64,000 nt of DNA, from positions 32,001 through 96,000 of the forward strand of contig CAVSMN010000013.1 in the NCBI GenBank assembly GCA_963729045.1. The letters run 5' to 3'. The DNA is from an uncultured Nitrososphaeraceae archaeon (GTDB taxonomy: Archaea; Thermoproteota; Nitrososphaeria; Nitrososphaerales; Nitrososphaeraceae). A model generated the notes under the pieces. The model worked only from the letters and a program-made list of their open reading frames with translations. It was not told where the DNA came from and made no database searches. Position numbers and translations under genes: made by a program. This document shows, piece by piece, positions 10,393 through 20,693 of this stretch. The stretch's first letter is position 1. Each line of letters begins with the position of its first letter.

Positions 10393-10447
10393 TATATTGG
10401 GATTGCTAACTAGAGTGCAATACTCTAATATTCTAGCAGTTTTAGAA
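10393..10447 (-). promoter_or_regulatory. Conserved upstream element of the Q/N-repeat gene family (copy 2)
   Basis: Minus strand reads ttctaaaactgctagaatattagagtattgcactctagttagcaatcccaatata, ending ~23 nt before ATG 10370. Confidence 0.65.
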
Positions 10448-10580
10448 TTAGAAATTGTTTATAAAAATATGAAATTATTCTTCAAAGCAAGTTCATTAGA
10501 GAATTGTGAATGCATTGTGTTTAAACTTAAATGAACCTTAAACTAATAAATAGGTTAAAAAACTAACTAAATATTTATTT

Positions 10581-10916
10581 ATGAACAAATTCGGATTTCA
10601 AACAGACAAATCGAATATTTCATTTGAAAGTCATTTAGTAAATTTAGGTAAAGATATAGAGATATTATTGGTCAATCTCAGAGACTTTGTTTTATCTTTA
10701 GGAGATAATGTGATTGAAGAAGTTAGACCTCATAGGATAGTCTATGCAAAGTCATTGACATTCAGGTATTTCCTAGATATTTATCCTAGGAATAATGATC
10801 TTATAATTGGGATTAGAAAGAACAGAAAGGAACCGGCAAAAGAATATGTAGTTAGTAACATCCAGGAGATTCAAAGTATTGAACCAGAAATTAAAGAGGC
10901 TTATAAAGCAATTTGA
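10581..10916 (+). CDS. Hypothetical protein (DUF5655-like)
   Basis: 111-aa ORF; pattern LRDFVLSLG..V.E.....IVY ... IKEAY. Confidence 0.6.
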   Translation: MNKFGFQTDKSNISFESHLVNLGKDIEILLVNLRDFVLSLGDNVIEEVRPHRIVYAKSLTFRYFLDIYPRNNDLIIGIRKNRKEPAKEYVVSNIQEIQSIEPEIKEAYKAI

Positions 10917-11224
10917 AAATCGTTTCATTGTAAAATACTACTACATGTTCCTCAGCCAAATGCATTTGACTCCTTTTCGTAGCAGAGAAATCTTAAACAA
11001 GATATGATTTAGTTTTATGCTTTTCTTTTCAAATCAAAATATGTAGTTAGTACTATTTTAGATTTAGACAGACATAGAGTGCAACAGAGTGTATAATTGC
11101 AGATAAAGTCATCATGACAATATAGATAAAGATGCCAACCAAAATAGTACCCAGATCATTTACATCATCGCTTGGTTGCCTACTAAGAGAATAATAAAAT
11201 ACTAGAAAAGCATAGAATTAATGA

Positions 11225-11476
11225 TTGGATGCATATTTAGAAGAAGAATTGATTGATTTGTTCACATACTACTTGCAAAACCCAAACGCTTCTGATTTGG
11301 AAACAAAGAAGCAACGTGTTATGGAAATTGGAACAGAATTGTTTAATGATGGAGGGACTGATGCAATGGAAAACATGTTCTATTCGGTAGAGATGAGAAT
11401 AAAGGAGGAAATTGGAAAAGATATTAAAGAAAATAGATCTTGGTGGAATGGAGTTTCAGAAGACTGGAAATACTAA
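11225..11476 (+). CDS. Hypothetical protein
   Basis: 83-aa ORF with protein-like composition, ending WWNGVSEDWKY. Confidence 0.65.
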   Translation: MDAYLEEELIDLFTYYLQNPNASDLETKKQRVMEIGTELFNDGGTDAMENMFYSVEMRIKEEIGKDIKENRSWWNGVSEDWKY

Positions 11477-11801
11477 ATATAGGTAAATTATCGAGGGATC
11501 AGATTATGAAACGATATCCGACATTAAATATAATTTTATCCAATTAGTTTGTAGTAATATAGAATTGATCTAATCAAACTCAGTTTTATTGTTTTTATAC
11601 ACAATAATACACATTCGGACTGCTTCCCCACCTTCCCTCTCCCTTCCCCTCCATCCGTTTCAAAGATATCTTATTTCATATGAACAGATTTAGAAAGCAT
11701 TTAATCTTGAAATGGTTTTAGCAAATAGAATTTGGCAAATAAAATATGATGAGAAAATGGATTTGTTATTCAGATATCACCTTTATATCTAATGAAAAAA
11801 A

Positions 11802-12821
11802 TTGAATGATGTATTGGTGAATAAATTGCCTGAAGCTTCAGATCAAAAAAGAACTATACTCAACTTATATAATTCAGGAATTGAACCAGAAATAATTTCA
11901 CTTGAATTAGATATCAATGAAGACATCATAAGAGATATTATTAAAAATGAGAATAAGAGGGAAGGAGGAAATACTAATAATAATTTATCAAATTACCTTT
12001 TGAATAAATTCTATCTTGATGCGATTATAGACATCAATTCAGTCGTAAAGGAAGCACAATTCAGGACATGGAATGCACTCAAAGCAAAACCTGAACTAAA
12101 TATCATAGTAAAAGAAACTCAGAATATTTTGGAACAGAACGCCGAATCTAAATTGAGATTAGTAATGCTGCATATTGACCTAGTTGGTTCTACGAAAATG
12201 GCCTTAACCATACCTATAGATCGATTGACCACCATAATCAGATCATTTGCTCAGGAAATGACAAACATAATATCATTGTACGGCGGTTATGTTTTAAAAT
12301 ATATCGGAGATGCAGTTTTGGCTTTTTTCGTTATAGAAGATACTACTAGTGAAGAACAATACATGAACAAAGTGAAAAATTCGGGAGAGGAATCAGAAAC
12401 CAACAATGGTTTCTCCTCCCTCCAATTCAGTAATGGGATTAGTTGTGCTTTGACCATGATCAGAGTTATTAAAGAAGGGATCAACCCGATTTTAAATCAA
12501 TATGACTATCCCGAGCTGAAAGTAAGGGTAGGAATTGATTTTGGGGAAGTTGCTGTTGTGCAATATGGAATTGATATTTACGAATTTGAAAAAACAATGC
12601 TAAAAACTCCTCATTTGGACCTTATAGGATACACCATAAGTGTGGCAGTTAAGATGACGTCACTTGCGGAGGCTGACCACATTGTAATTGGTCAAAAATT
12701 ATATGATCAATTAGATATCAAAGATAAAGACTCATTTAGACAATTGAAGACTAATACTGAAATTTGGAATTACGCCAATCATACTGATGGCGAGCTTTAT
12801 AACATCTTTACCAATAATTAG
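11802..12821 (+). CDS. Class III adenylate/guanylate cyclase with N-terminal HTH-like segment
   Basis: HIDLVGST, LKYIGDAVLAFF, VRVGIDFG and DLIGYTISVAVKM motifs. Confidence 0.88.
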   Translation: MNDVLVNKLPEASDQKRTILNLYNSGIEPEIISLELDINEDIIRDIIKNENKREGGNTNNNLSNYLLNKFYLDAIIDINSVVKEAQFRTWNALKAKPELNIIVKETQNILEQNAESKLRLVMLHIDLVGSTKMALTIPIDRLTTIIRSFAQEMTNIISLYGGYVLKYIGDAVLAFFVIEDTTSEEQYMNKVKNSGEESETNNGFSSLQFSNGISCALTMIRVIKEGINPILNQYDYPELKVRVGIDFGEVAVVQYGIDIYEFEKTMLKTPHLDLIGYTISVAVKMTSLAEADHIVIGQKLYDQLDIKDKDSFRQLKTNTEIWNYANHTDGELYNIFTNN

Positions 12822-13098
12822 TTAAATATCTAGTCATTTGATTTGGTAATCCCAAGTACGGTCCAACTTTTTTTGATTATTATCTAATTACACACACGGT
12901 CTTTTGTTTTACGTCTACTAGACTAGGTCAATATTTTCTTGAAGATCAGTGGTATTAGATAACCAAAACAAAATCACTTTAGATTCTAAACAAAATCACG
13001 AAAAGGTAGGAATAAGAGGTATTGTCTGAATAATTGTAAATAATGAATTTTGACTGCCTGTTGTTAAAAAATCTTTATTATCTTTGAAAAATTTGAAC

Positions 13099-13151
13099 AA
13101 AGTTAGAGTAATAGTAAAAAAAGAGGAGGAAGTTTATTGTTGACCTAAGGC
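13099..13151 (-). terminator. Shared gene end and T-rich terminator (copy 2)
   Basis: Matches 6923-6976 with one substitution and one T fewer. Confidence 0.65.
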
Positions 13152-13406
13152 TAAGTTACCTTCGTTGTTTTGGAACAGGAAGCCTAAGTTGTTGCATGAT
13201 GCTAAGGTGAATTCACCGGATACACACTGTGCATTCTGTTCGTTCTCTTGGTCTTGTTCAATTGCCTGTTCTGCGTCATTAGATTTTTTGTGTTTTCCGC
13301 CTGCATATGCCATGTTGTCTCCAAATGCTACTACTGAACCAATTAGAGCAGCTGCGATAAACATTGCAAAAAGTCCAACTTTATAGTTTTTTGTTATGTT
13401 ACTCAT
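13134..13406 (-). CDS. Secreted single-repeat member of the Q/N C-x9-C family
   Basis: Signal peptide (..MAYA); NDAEQAIEQDQENEQNAQCVSGEFTLASCNNLGFLFQNNEGNLALGQQ. Confidence 0.85.
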   Translation of the reverse strand: MSNITKNYKVGLFAMFIAAALIGSVVAFGDNMAYAGGKHKKSNDAEQAIEQDQENEQNAQCVSGEFTLASCNNLGFLFQNNEGNLALGQQ

Positions 13407-13772
13407 TATTATCTAAATCTATACCTGAATTTTGATATATCATGGTTTTGATACTAATTTCTGTATTATTTTTATGTATATATTTGCTCTTACTTTGTAA
13501 TGAAAATTGATTTCGATATTATTTATTATATTGTTACTATTGTAGATAATTAGGTAAGATGATACTGTACAAAAATAGAAATTAATATCCTATCTTACTT
13601 GTGCTGTGAATCGTTCAACTGTAAGACAAATTTGGGGATTAAGGAAGGTATCAAAATTTACATCTTTTTGTTTTTTAATTGAAATCTTTATGAATTATTA
13701 AGTGAATTTTGTTTCACTCCAAATGGCTTTCAAGTTTTTAAATGAGAACTCTAATATTGCTAATGAAGAGAT

Positions 13773-14231
13773 TTGACAGAAATGAATCCTCAAGAAGTCA
13801 TGAACTTCTTAAATCTTGGCACAATGACCGCTAAAGTTTCAACAGCATCTTTAGATGGTATACCTCACGTTGCTCCAGTTTGGTTTGTAGTTGATTATGA
13901 TCCTCGTAGTAGCAGTAATAAAGATTTTACAGTTATTTTTACAACTTTTTATAATTCAGTAAAGGCAAGACATTTGATATCTAATCCTAAAATATGTCTC
14001 AGTGTAGATGATCAAAAACCTCCATTTTCTTTCATAATACTAAATGGAATCGCAGAAATAGATCAAAATCCTAACTATGATGAACTTTTACGTCTAACCA
14101 GTCGATTAGCTGAACGATATATGGGAAAAGAGAATGCCGAAAAATACGGTAAGAGAAACGCCGTCAAAGGGGAATGCATCATAAGAATAAAACCTAGCAA
14201 AATTATTGCTCAAAAGAATGTTTCCGAATAG
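13773..14231 (+). CDS. PPOX-class (pyridoxamine 5'-phosphate oxidase-like) F420/flavin-binding protein
   Basis: ST...DG.PHVAPVWF, KARHLISNPKICLSVDD and G.AEI motifs. Confidence 0.85.
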   Translation: MTEMNPQEVMNFLNLGTMTAKVSTASLDGIPHVAPVWFVVDYDPRSSSNKDFTVIFTTFYNSVKARHLISNPKICLSVDDQKPPFSFIILNGIAEIDQNPNYDELLRLTSRLAERYMGKENAEKYGKRNAVKGECIIRIKPSKIIAQKNVSE

Positions 14232-14467
14232 AAAGGCGTTATTTGCTTTTTTTTCTCTCAATCTTGATAAATAACCTTTATTTACATTGTTCTCGGAAAT
14301 TTGTCTCAAAGTGTATGTTTAGTAGACTCTAACAGAATATCCATTTTGAATGTCAGAAACAAAAGCATATCGGCCTCGGTAGACTCAAATATACTACTAT
14401 CTTGTCGATATTTTCGAATTTTATAAATGGGTACAACTATTTAAATCATGATGAACTAAAATCATTA

Positions 14468-14943
14468 ATGAAATATCTATCATTATTGCTACTTTCTGTA
14501 TTGTTTATACCGATAGTTCAGGTGGCACATGCACAAAATATCGTAGAGGAAATTGGTCAAGCCTTTAACAATTTGACTTCAGGAATGATGGGTGGAAACC
14601 AAACAGCAGGCAATGCTTCAAGCGCTGGTTCAGGTAACGAAACAGCAGGCAATGCTTCAAGCGCTGGTTCAGGTAACGAAACAGCAGGCAATGCTTCAAG
14701 CGCTGGTTCAGGTAACGAAACAGCAGGCAATGCTTCAAGCGCTGGTTCAGGTAACGAAACACAACAGATGTCGGATCCATTCAAGAATTACAGAACTTAA
14801 CATCTGGAAATCAAGAAATCTTGACTAATAATACATCCTTAGCAGGCGGTAATACTTCATTAGGACAAGGAATGGAACAGGAACAGTATGTAGAGCCTGA
14901 AAATCAAAGCAATGCTTTATCATCTGCAAACAGCACACAGTGA
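14468..14943 (+). CDS. Secreted Ser/Gly/Asn-rich repeat protein (apparent frameshift near 14760)
   Basis: Signal peptide MKYLSLLLL..AHA; four 13-aa repeats; alternative frame continues TTDVGSIQELQNLTSGNQ..NSTQ to TGA 14943. Confidence 0.7.
14601..14760 (+). repeat. Perfect 39-bp tandem repeat x4 (coding)
   Basis: Unit aaacagcaggcaatgcttcaagcgctggttcaggtaacg. Confidence 0.95.
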
Positions 14944-15444
14944 GAGATTTCAATCCTCTCCAGTAAATTAGAACTCTAACTATTTTTTAGCCTCGATTTT
15001 TCATTTATTAAAAGTATTTAGTCATGTTATATCTAAACATTTTTACTTGCTAATTTCTAGAAAACATTAAAATAACAATTATTCGAGAACAATTGTTTTT
15101 TAATCCTGATATGGTTTTACGATTCAATAATATTTTCAACCTTGCTTTGTCCATATTCATCACAAATCAGTTTTCTAACGCTGACATCCGATTTGATTTA
15201 GCAGTGATCTATATCCTGTTTATAAACCTCTCTTAATTATTCTCTACAGATGTAATTAGGGTAAATTGAGTTAATAAGTTAATAGTCTTGGTCATGTCAT
15301 TGTCTTATTGACTCATGCTTTTAACAATCTTTTAATATTGAACCTTAGACAATAACGTTATTCAAGTATAAATACTAGATATTTTTTGAACAGAATGCGA
15401 TTATTATTCCAATCATTTATATAAATATTGTTGACTTAGATATC

Positions 15445-15892
15445 ATGATGGAATCGTTTTTGAAAATAATTGTTCCAGTTATCATATCCCTAAGCTTGAT
15501 GATGATTTTAAGTACAGCAAGCTATAGTGGTTATGGTCAACCGGTAGCAAATACCACTACTACTATTGCTAATACCACTGCTCCTGACATTAGTAACCAA
15601 ACCAACCAGAATGTAAGCCAACTTGTCCAACCAAGCAGACATCGACCAAGCAGAACCACAAATACAATCACAGGCAAATCAAACTAATTCTACATCCGCC
15701 GCCGATTCTTCAGATTTACTGATGAAAGAAAGATTATTAAATTACACGAATGACGCTATTTTGGCATTGAATGACGACAATGAAACTGCCATACAACAAA
15801 ACTTGGTTCAAATTCAAAATACTTTGATTAAAGCGATTGGTAAACCAGTAGTAATTGTTCCGGCTCCTGCACTCAATCTAGATTCTGATTAG
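15445..15892 (+). CDS. Secreted hypothetical protein (apparent frameshift near 15620)
   Basis: Signal peptide and T/N/Q-rich linker in ORF 15445; composition continues in ORF 15623-15892. Confidence 0.62.
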
Positions 15893-16038
15893 AAATCCGT
15901 TCAACCTTTATTATTTTTGAATTTGAATTATTTGAAAATATGAACCAATTAATCAATCAAGTACCCAACCAGTCACTTGGGTAAAATTTCGTAATTCTGG
16001 AAAGATTAATTTATCCGAGATGTGATATATCTGTATAG

Positions 16039-16449
16039 TTGCTAACAGAATCCACCATAGATAACAAACATTCTATCATATTAGTAGAGGATGATATTGA
16101 TGTCTCTAATATTTTAGCAGGTCATTTCACTTTGGCCAAGTTTAAGGTATACAAGACCGCTAGTGCAACAGAATGTCTAGATAAGCTGAAGGAATTGAAT
16201 AACAGGGTGGATATGATATTAATAAATGGCACGATTGCTGCTGATAGAGGTCCCATGTTAATCGTAAATATACGAAAATTGACTCTTGATGTAAAGATAT
16301 TTGCACTTGCTGAAAACGAAAACACAAAGACCAGAGTCTTAGATTACGGTGCAGATGAGTTTGCGGTAAAACCAATCAGTCCAACTACTGTCGTAGAAAA
16401 GATAAGTATGTTATTGATGAAGAAGCCTATCGAATCTCAGATCAAATAA
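16039..16449 (+). CDS. Atypical receiver-domain protein
   Basis: IILVEDD and GADEFAVKP present, but the phosphoacceptor position reads Asn (DMILING). Confidence 0.85.
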   Translation: MLTESTIDNKHSIILVEDDIDVSNILAGHFTLAKFKVYKTASATECLDKLKELNNRVDMILINGTIAADRGPMLIVNIRKLTLDVKIFALAENENTKTRVLDYGADEFAVKPISPTTVVEKISMLLMKKPIESQIK

Positions 16450-16501
16450 ATAAATGTTTATTTGATATCATTAAACCTCATATTACCTTTCGTAAATATC
16501 C

Positions 16502-18286
16502 TTGTTTAGGGGTGTATTCAAACAATTGAATGACGTATCTTCAGATCCAAATAAATATCTAGACATCTGTAGAATTACCTCTAAATACATCTTTTTTTGT
16601 GGACCATATTCATCATTTTCAAAATCGCTTGGAATCAGTAATGATTCTTTCTTCAAATTATTATCGGATCTTAAGGAAGACCAGATTGAAATCAAGATTT
16701 TAACAGAAGTCAGTCTATCTAATGAACACAAGATAAAAGAACTATTATCAGTTGCAGATATACGACATGTTGACGAGTTGAATCTAAAATTTATGGTTAA
16801 TGAGTCAGCCTGTGTATTTCTTCCCAAAACTGATAATGGGAATAATATTATGAGTGACTTGAATTATATTACTAATATAAATAACGAAATGATAGCACAA
16901 TATAGATTAATATTTGAACAGTTATGGCAATTTGGAATAGATGCAACAAAGAAAATACATCTTCTAGAAACTGAATTTGATGTGGCTTCTGTTATACGTG
17001 AAGTTGACAAGAATGGTATAAACCAATTTGTTGAAAAATTAATAAGTACATCAAAACATGAAGTCTTGTTTTATACTTCTACCTTATGGGGGAGCAATAA
17101 TTTCATATCAAAAGATCTATTTGGGCTCTTAAAAAATATGGTTTTGAAAAATAAGATAAAAGTCAAATTTATCATTCCATCTCTTATAATACTAAAGTCA
17201 AATAATTTGAAACACATAATTTTGGAATTAGGCATAATGGAACAACAAGAGGAGTCACATTTCTTGTTTAGGGCTTTACCAAAAGGCGATGATATTGAAC
17301 TTGAATCTTTGATCCTGATCGTAGATAATTATCATCTACTTATTGTAAATCCTCATCTAAATGACGAACATCCATCAAACGATGATAATCATAAAGGTGA
17401 TTATTCTTATTTTTACACCACTCAATTAGACTCTATCAATAAATACAAATTGTTGTTTGATGTGCAATGGGGTAGAGCAGAATTAGCAGAGAGACTGTAC
17501 ATTCAAGACATAATGCAAAGAAACTTGATTGATACCATAGCTCATGAATTACGAACTCCTACACAAGCAATTTTAGGATATTCGGAAATGGCAACGATAG
17601 ATATTAATAACAATGAGGCAGGTCAATATTACAAACATTATTTTGATTCTATCATACGAAACGCCAATAGATTAAACTCTATCGTAATTAACATACTAAA
17701 TGTTGCTAAAATAGACAATACCACTTTCAATTTGAATAAAGAAGAAACCAACATTTATGAAATAGTTTCTGAAGCAGTGAACGATTATAGGTACGTATCT
17801 AAAACAGACGACAATCTAAAAAATAAGAATATTCAATTCGAGGTGGCTGAAAGTTCTGTGAAATCGGTAAGGGCCAATGTAGATAGAATTCGAATTTATG
17901 AAGTGTTGACAAATCTGTTTAATAATTCGGTGGAATTCATTCAATCCATTGGTACAGTTACAGTACAAGTTACAGTTGTAGATAGGCATTACCTAGACAA
18001 AATAAACCAAGTAAAAAGTCATGATTACGAAAGTTTAAACAAACATGATCACAAACACGATACTGACAATTTCATTCTGATCCAAATAAAGGATGATGGA
18101 AAAGGAATAGATAAATATGTTCTCTCAAAACTATTTAACAAATTTGTCTCTACAGTCGATAATCATATAGGTTTAGGACTGTATGTTTCAAAATATATTA
18201 TAGAATCCCACGGTGGCAGAATTTGGGCCCAGAATAATACTGATAGACAAGGATCAACTTTTTCATTTATACTTCCTCTCGCATGA
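16502..18286 (+). CDS. Soluble histidine kinase
   Basis: IAHELRTP, NLFNNS, DDGKGI, GLGLY, HGGRIWAQNN; no TM helices. Confidence 0.9.
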   Translation: MFRGVFKQLNDVSSDPNKYLDICRITSKYIFFCGPYSSFSKSLGISNDSFFKLLSDLKEDQIEIKILTEVSLSNEHKIKELLSVADIRHVDELNLKFMVNESACVFLPKTDNGNNIMSDLNYITNINNEMIAQYRLIFEQLWQFGIDATKKIHLLETEFDVASVIREVDKNGINQFVEKLISTSKHEVLFYTSTLWGSNNFISKDLFGLLKNMVLKNKIKVKFIIPSLIILKSNNLKHIILELGIMEQQEESHFLFRALPKGDDIELESLILIVDNYHLLIVNPHLNDEHPSNDDNHKGDYSYFYTTQLDSINKYKLLFDVQWGRAELAERLYIQDIMQRNLIDTIAHELRTPTQAILGYSEMATIDINNNEAGQYYKHYFDSIIRNANRLNSIVINILNVAKIDNTTFNLNKEETNIYEIVSEAVNDYRYVSKTDDNLKNKNIQFEVAESSVKSVRANVDRIRIYEVLTNLFNNSVEFIQSIGTVTVQVTVVDRHYLDKINQVKSHDYESLNKHDHKHDTDNFILIQIKDDGKGIDKYVLSKLFNKFVSTVDNHIGLGLYVSKYIIESHGGRIWAQNNTDRQGSTFSFILPLA

Positions 18287-18489
18287 GTTAGCATTCGAAA
18301 TAGAGAAGCGTATTCACGATTAGTATCATTTTGCATGAGCCTCCGTTTAAAGAATTTGATTTCCGGGTGCTTTTTTTATGGGCTGTCTCTAGAGAGCAAA
18401 CAAACATGTTAATGGACTGGTCGAATTTTGAATTTATCATATGTGTTTTCTAACTTAAATATGCTGTAATTGTTATAACTTTTTAACAC

Positions 18490-20184
18490 ATGAATAATGA
18501 TATCCTGTATTCGATTAACTATCATGAAATGACAAAGCATTCTGAATTTAGTGTTATGAATTCAAATTACTATCTGGATTGGAGTAATCGGCCTAAACCA
18601 TTTAAGGTGTATAAAGAATTATCTTCTTTCCCTCTTCCAATAGATTTTCCTCATCCTACCTTGAATGCTATGACCGCAATAAGTAATTTATCAAGCGACA
18701 ATGAATCATTTAATAACAGGACCCAATTTGCTTCTCCATTATCCTCTTCAAAGGATGTTTCTAAAATTATTACATTATCTGATCTATCTTCCCTGTTGTT
18801 TTATTCTTGTGGTATAACACGCGTGATGCGTTTTAATTCTGTTGATTATTATATGCGTGCTGCTTCTGCAACAGGAGCCCTCTATCCAATAGAAACCTAC
18901 GTGGTTACTAAAGGTCTTGGTTCTGAATTGCATGCAGGGGTGTATCATTTTAATCCAGGTGAATTTAGTTTGACTGCTATTCATAAAGGTGATTATAGAA
19001 ACTTTCTGGAAACTATTGCTGGTAACAATACCGATATTACAACATCTCCTGTTTCCTTAATATTTACATCTTATGCATGGAGAAATGCATGGAAGTATCA
19101 ATCACGATCTTATAGACATTGGTTTTGGGACGCTGGGGTTATAGTTTCTAACCTACTGGCCGTCTCAAGTTCTATGCATCTTTATACCAGATTAATTATG
19201 GGGTTTCTGGACGACCAATCTAACAGATTGCTGGGACTAGAAGATCATAAAGAGGCTTCCATATTGATTGCAGCCATTGATGCAGACTCTTTGAAAAACA
19301 ATGTTAACCAAGAGCAATCAATGCAAGAAAAGATTCTAAATTCACCTACTCCAAAGGTTTATCCCCTTTCGTTAGAAGAAATTGACTATCCTGAAATTTG
19401 GAAAGCTTACAACAGTTCTAAATTATTCGATAATGCTCAGGTCTCCCAATGGATTAATCACAAGAGGATTGGAGAAGTTGACGAACTAGATAAAAAAGAT
19501 AATTCTAATACGGGTACTTTAAGACAATATTCCTTGCCCAAGCCTTGTGTGGATGACAACGGCCCTGATATTGGAAACACCATTTTGAAGAGAGGTTCTA
19601 CGAGACAATTTTCAAGGCTACCCATCTCCTTTTTGACTTTATCTAATATTCTTTTAAATTCAACAAGAGGAATTCCAATGGATTACAAAAGTGATTCAGA
19701 TAGTCTAATTGATTTATTTCTTGTAGTTAATTCAGTTGATGGGCTTGAAAAGGGTGGGTATTTTTTTAATCAGAGGAATAATTCTATAGACTTGTTAAAG
19801 TATAGACCAGGTCATAATATCTCCGGTCATCTTTGCTTAGATCAATCTCTTTTTGCAGACGCAAGCGTTGTGATATTCATAATGACTGATCTAAAACATA
19901 TACTTGATATGTTGGGTAATCGGGGCTACAGAGCAGTACAGATGGAAGCAGGGATCACTGCAGGAAAAATTTATCTTTTATCTTATGCCAGTGGCTTGGG
20001 AGCATCAGGTTCCACTTTTTATGATAATGAAGTGATCGAATTTTTCTCTCCTCATGCTAAACAAAAGGAAACATTGATTGCTATCGGAGTCGGAATTCCA
20101 TCATACCAATCGAAACCGGGTAGAGTACTACCAGTCAGACTAACACGCGAACAAATGATAGATGCATCTAGTACGGCTAGTTGA
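18490..20184 (+). CDS. SagB/ThcOx-family dehydrogenase (tandem nitroreductase domains)
   Basis: RAAASATGALYP-type motif, KY..RSYRH..WDAG, and second-domain RGSTRQF and RGYRAVQMEAG. Confidence 0.87.
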   Translation: MNNDILYSINYHEMTKHSEFSVMNSNYYLDWSNRPKPFKVYKELSSFPLPIDFPHPTLNAMTAISNLSSDNESFNNRTQFASPLSSSKDVSKIITLSDLSSLLFYSCGITRVMRFNSVDYYMRAASATGALYPIETYVVTKGLGSELHAGVYHFNPGEFSLTAIHKGDYRNFLETIAGNNTDITTSPVSLIFTSYAWRNAWKYQSRSYRHWFWDAGVIVSNLLAVSSSMHLYTRLIMGFLDDQSNRLLGLEDHKEASILIAAIDADSLKNNVNQEQSMQEKILNSPTPKVYPLSLEEIDYPEIWKAYNSSKLFDNAQVSQWINHKRIGEVDELDKKDNSNTGTLRQYSLPKPCVDDNGPDIGNTILKRGSTRQFSRLPISFLTLSNILLNSTRGIPMDYKSDSDSLIDLFLVVNSVDGLEKGGYFFNQRNNSIDLLKYRPGHNISGHLCLDQSLFADASVVIFIMTDLKHILDMLGNRGYRAVQMEAGITAGKIYLLSYASGLGASGSTFYDNEVIEFFSPHAKQKETLIAIGVGIPSYQSKPGRVLPVRLTREQMIDASSTAS

Positions 20185-20402
20185 TTTAACTGATCCTTTA
20201 TGTCATCCACCACCTCCATATTCTGTTATGGTCCTATGATGTGATTGTTGATTTGAACTCCGGATTCAATAGATTAATGTCCTTCAAAAATGAAAAAAGA
20301 CTATTTTTCCCTTAATTTTAAAACTATCAAAAAGAATCTCACTAGATTAGAAATGTCGCATTGTGGTGATATCTATTTAAAGCTTAATAAATATGAATAG
20401 AT

Positions 20403-20693
20403 ATGAGCGAACTTTCTAATAATAGTGGAAACGAGAATGTAAATAACAATTCTGACCGATCAAAGAACTCATCTAAAGAGCACATTTCAGAATGGTCTGA
20501 ATTAATTTCAAGAATCATAGACAAATTGACCGGCAAGGATTTGCAAGTTACTTACTCTTTTGATAATTTGGAAATCGAGATCCCAAAAGCTTACGGTCCT
20601 GATGGTCGAGAACTAGGGGGTGCAAAGTGGAAGGTGGATGGTAAAATAACTATATCAACGGAACTAATTAACGACGAGAAAAATAGCCTCTAA
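20403..20693 (+). CDS. Hypothetical protein
   Basis: 96-aa ORF with a TATA-like tttaaa ~25 nt upstream. Confidence 0.7.
   Translation: MSELSNNSGNENVNNNSDRSKNSSKEHISEWSELISRIIDKLTGKDLQVTYSFDNLEIEIPKAYGPDGRELGGAKWKVDGKITISTELINDEKNSL

Noticed and set aside
14601..14760. Possible CRISPR array (39-bp repeats)
   Set aside because: Repeats are contiguous with no spacers, keep the reading frame, and no cas genes are present.
18490..20693. RiPP (azole peptide) cluster around the SagB-type dehydrogenase
   Set aside because: No YcaO, E1-like protein, transporter or convincing precursor nearby; no evidence links the Cys/Ser-rich secreted repeat proteins to it.
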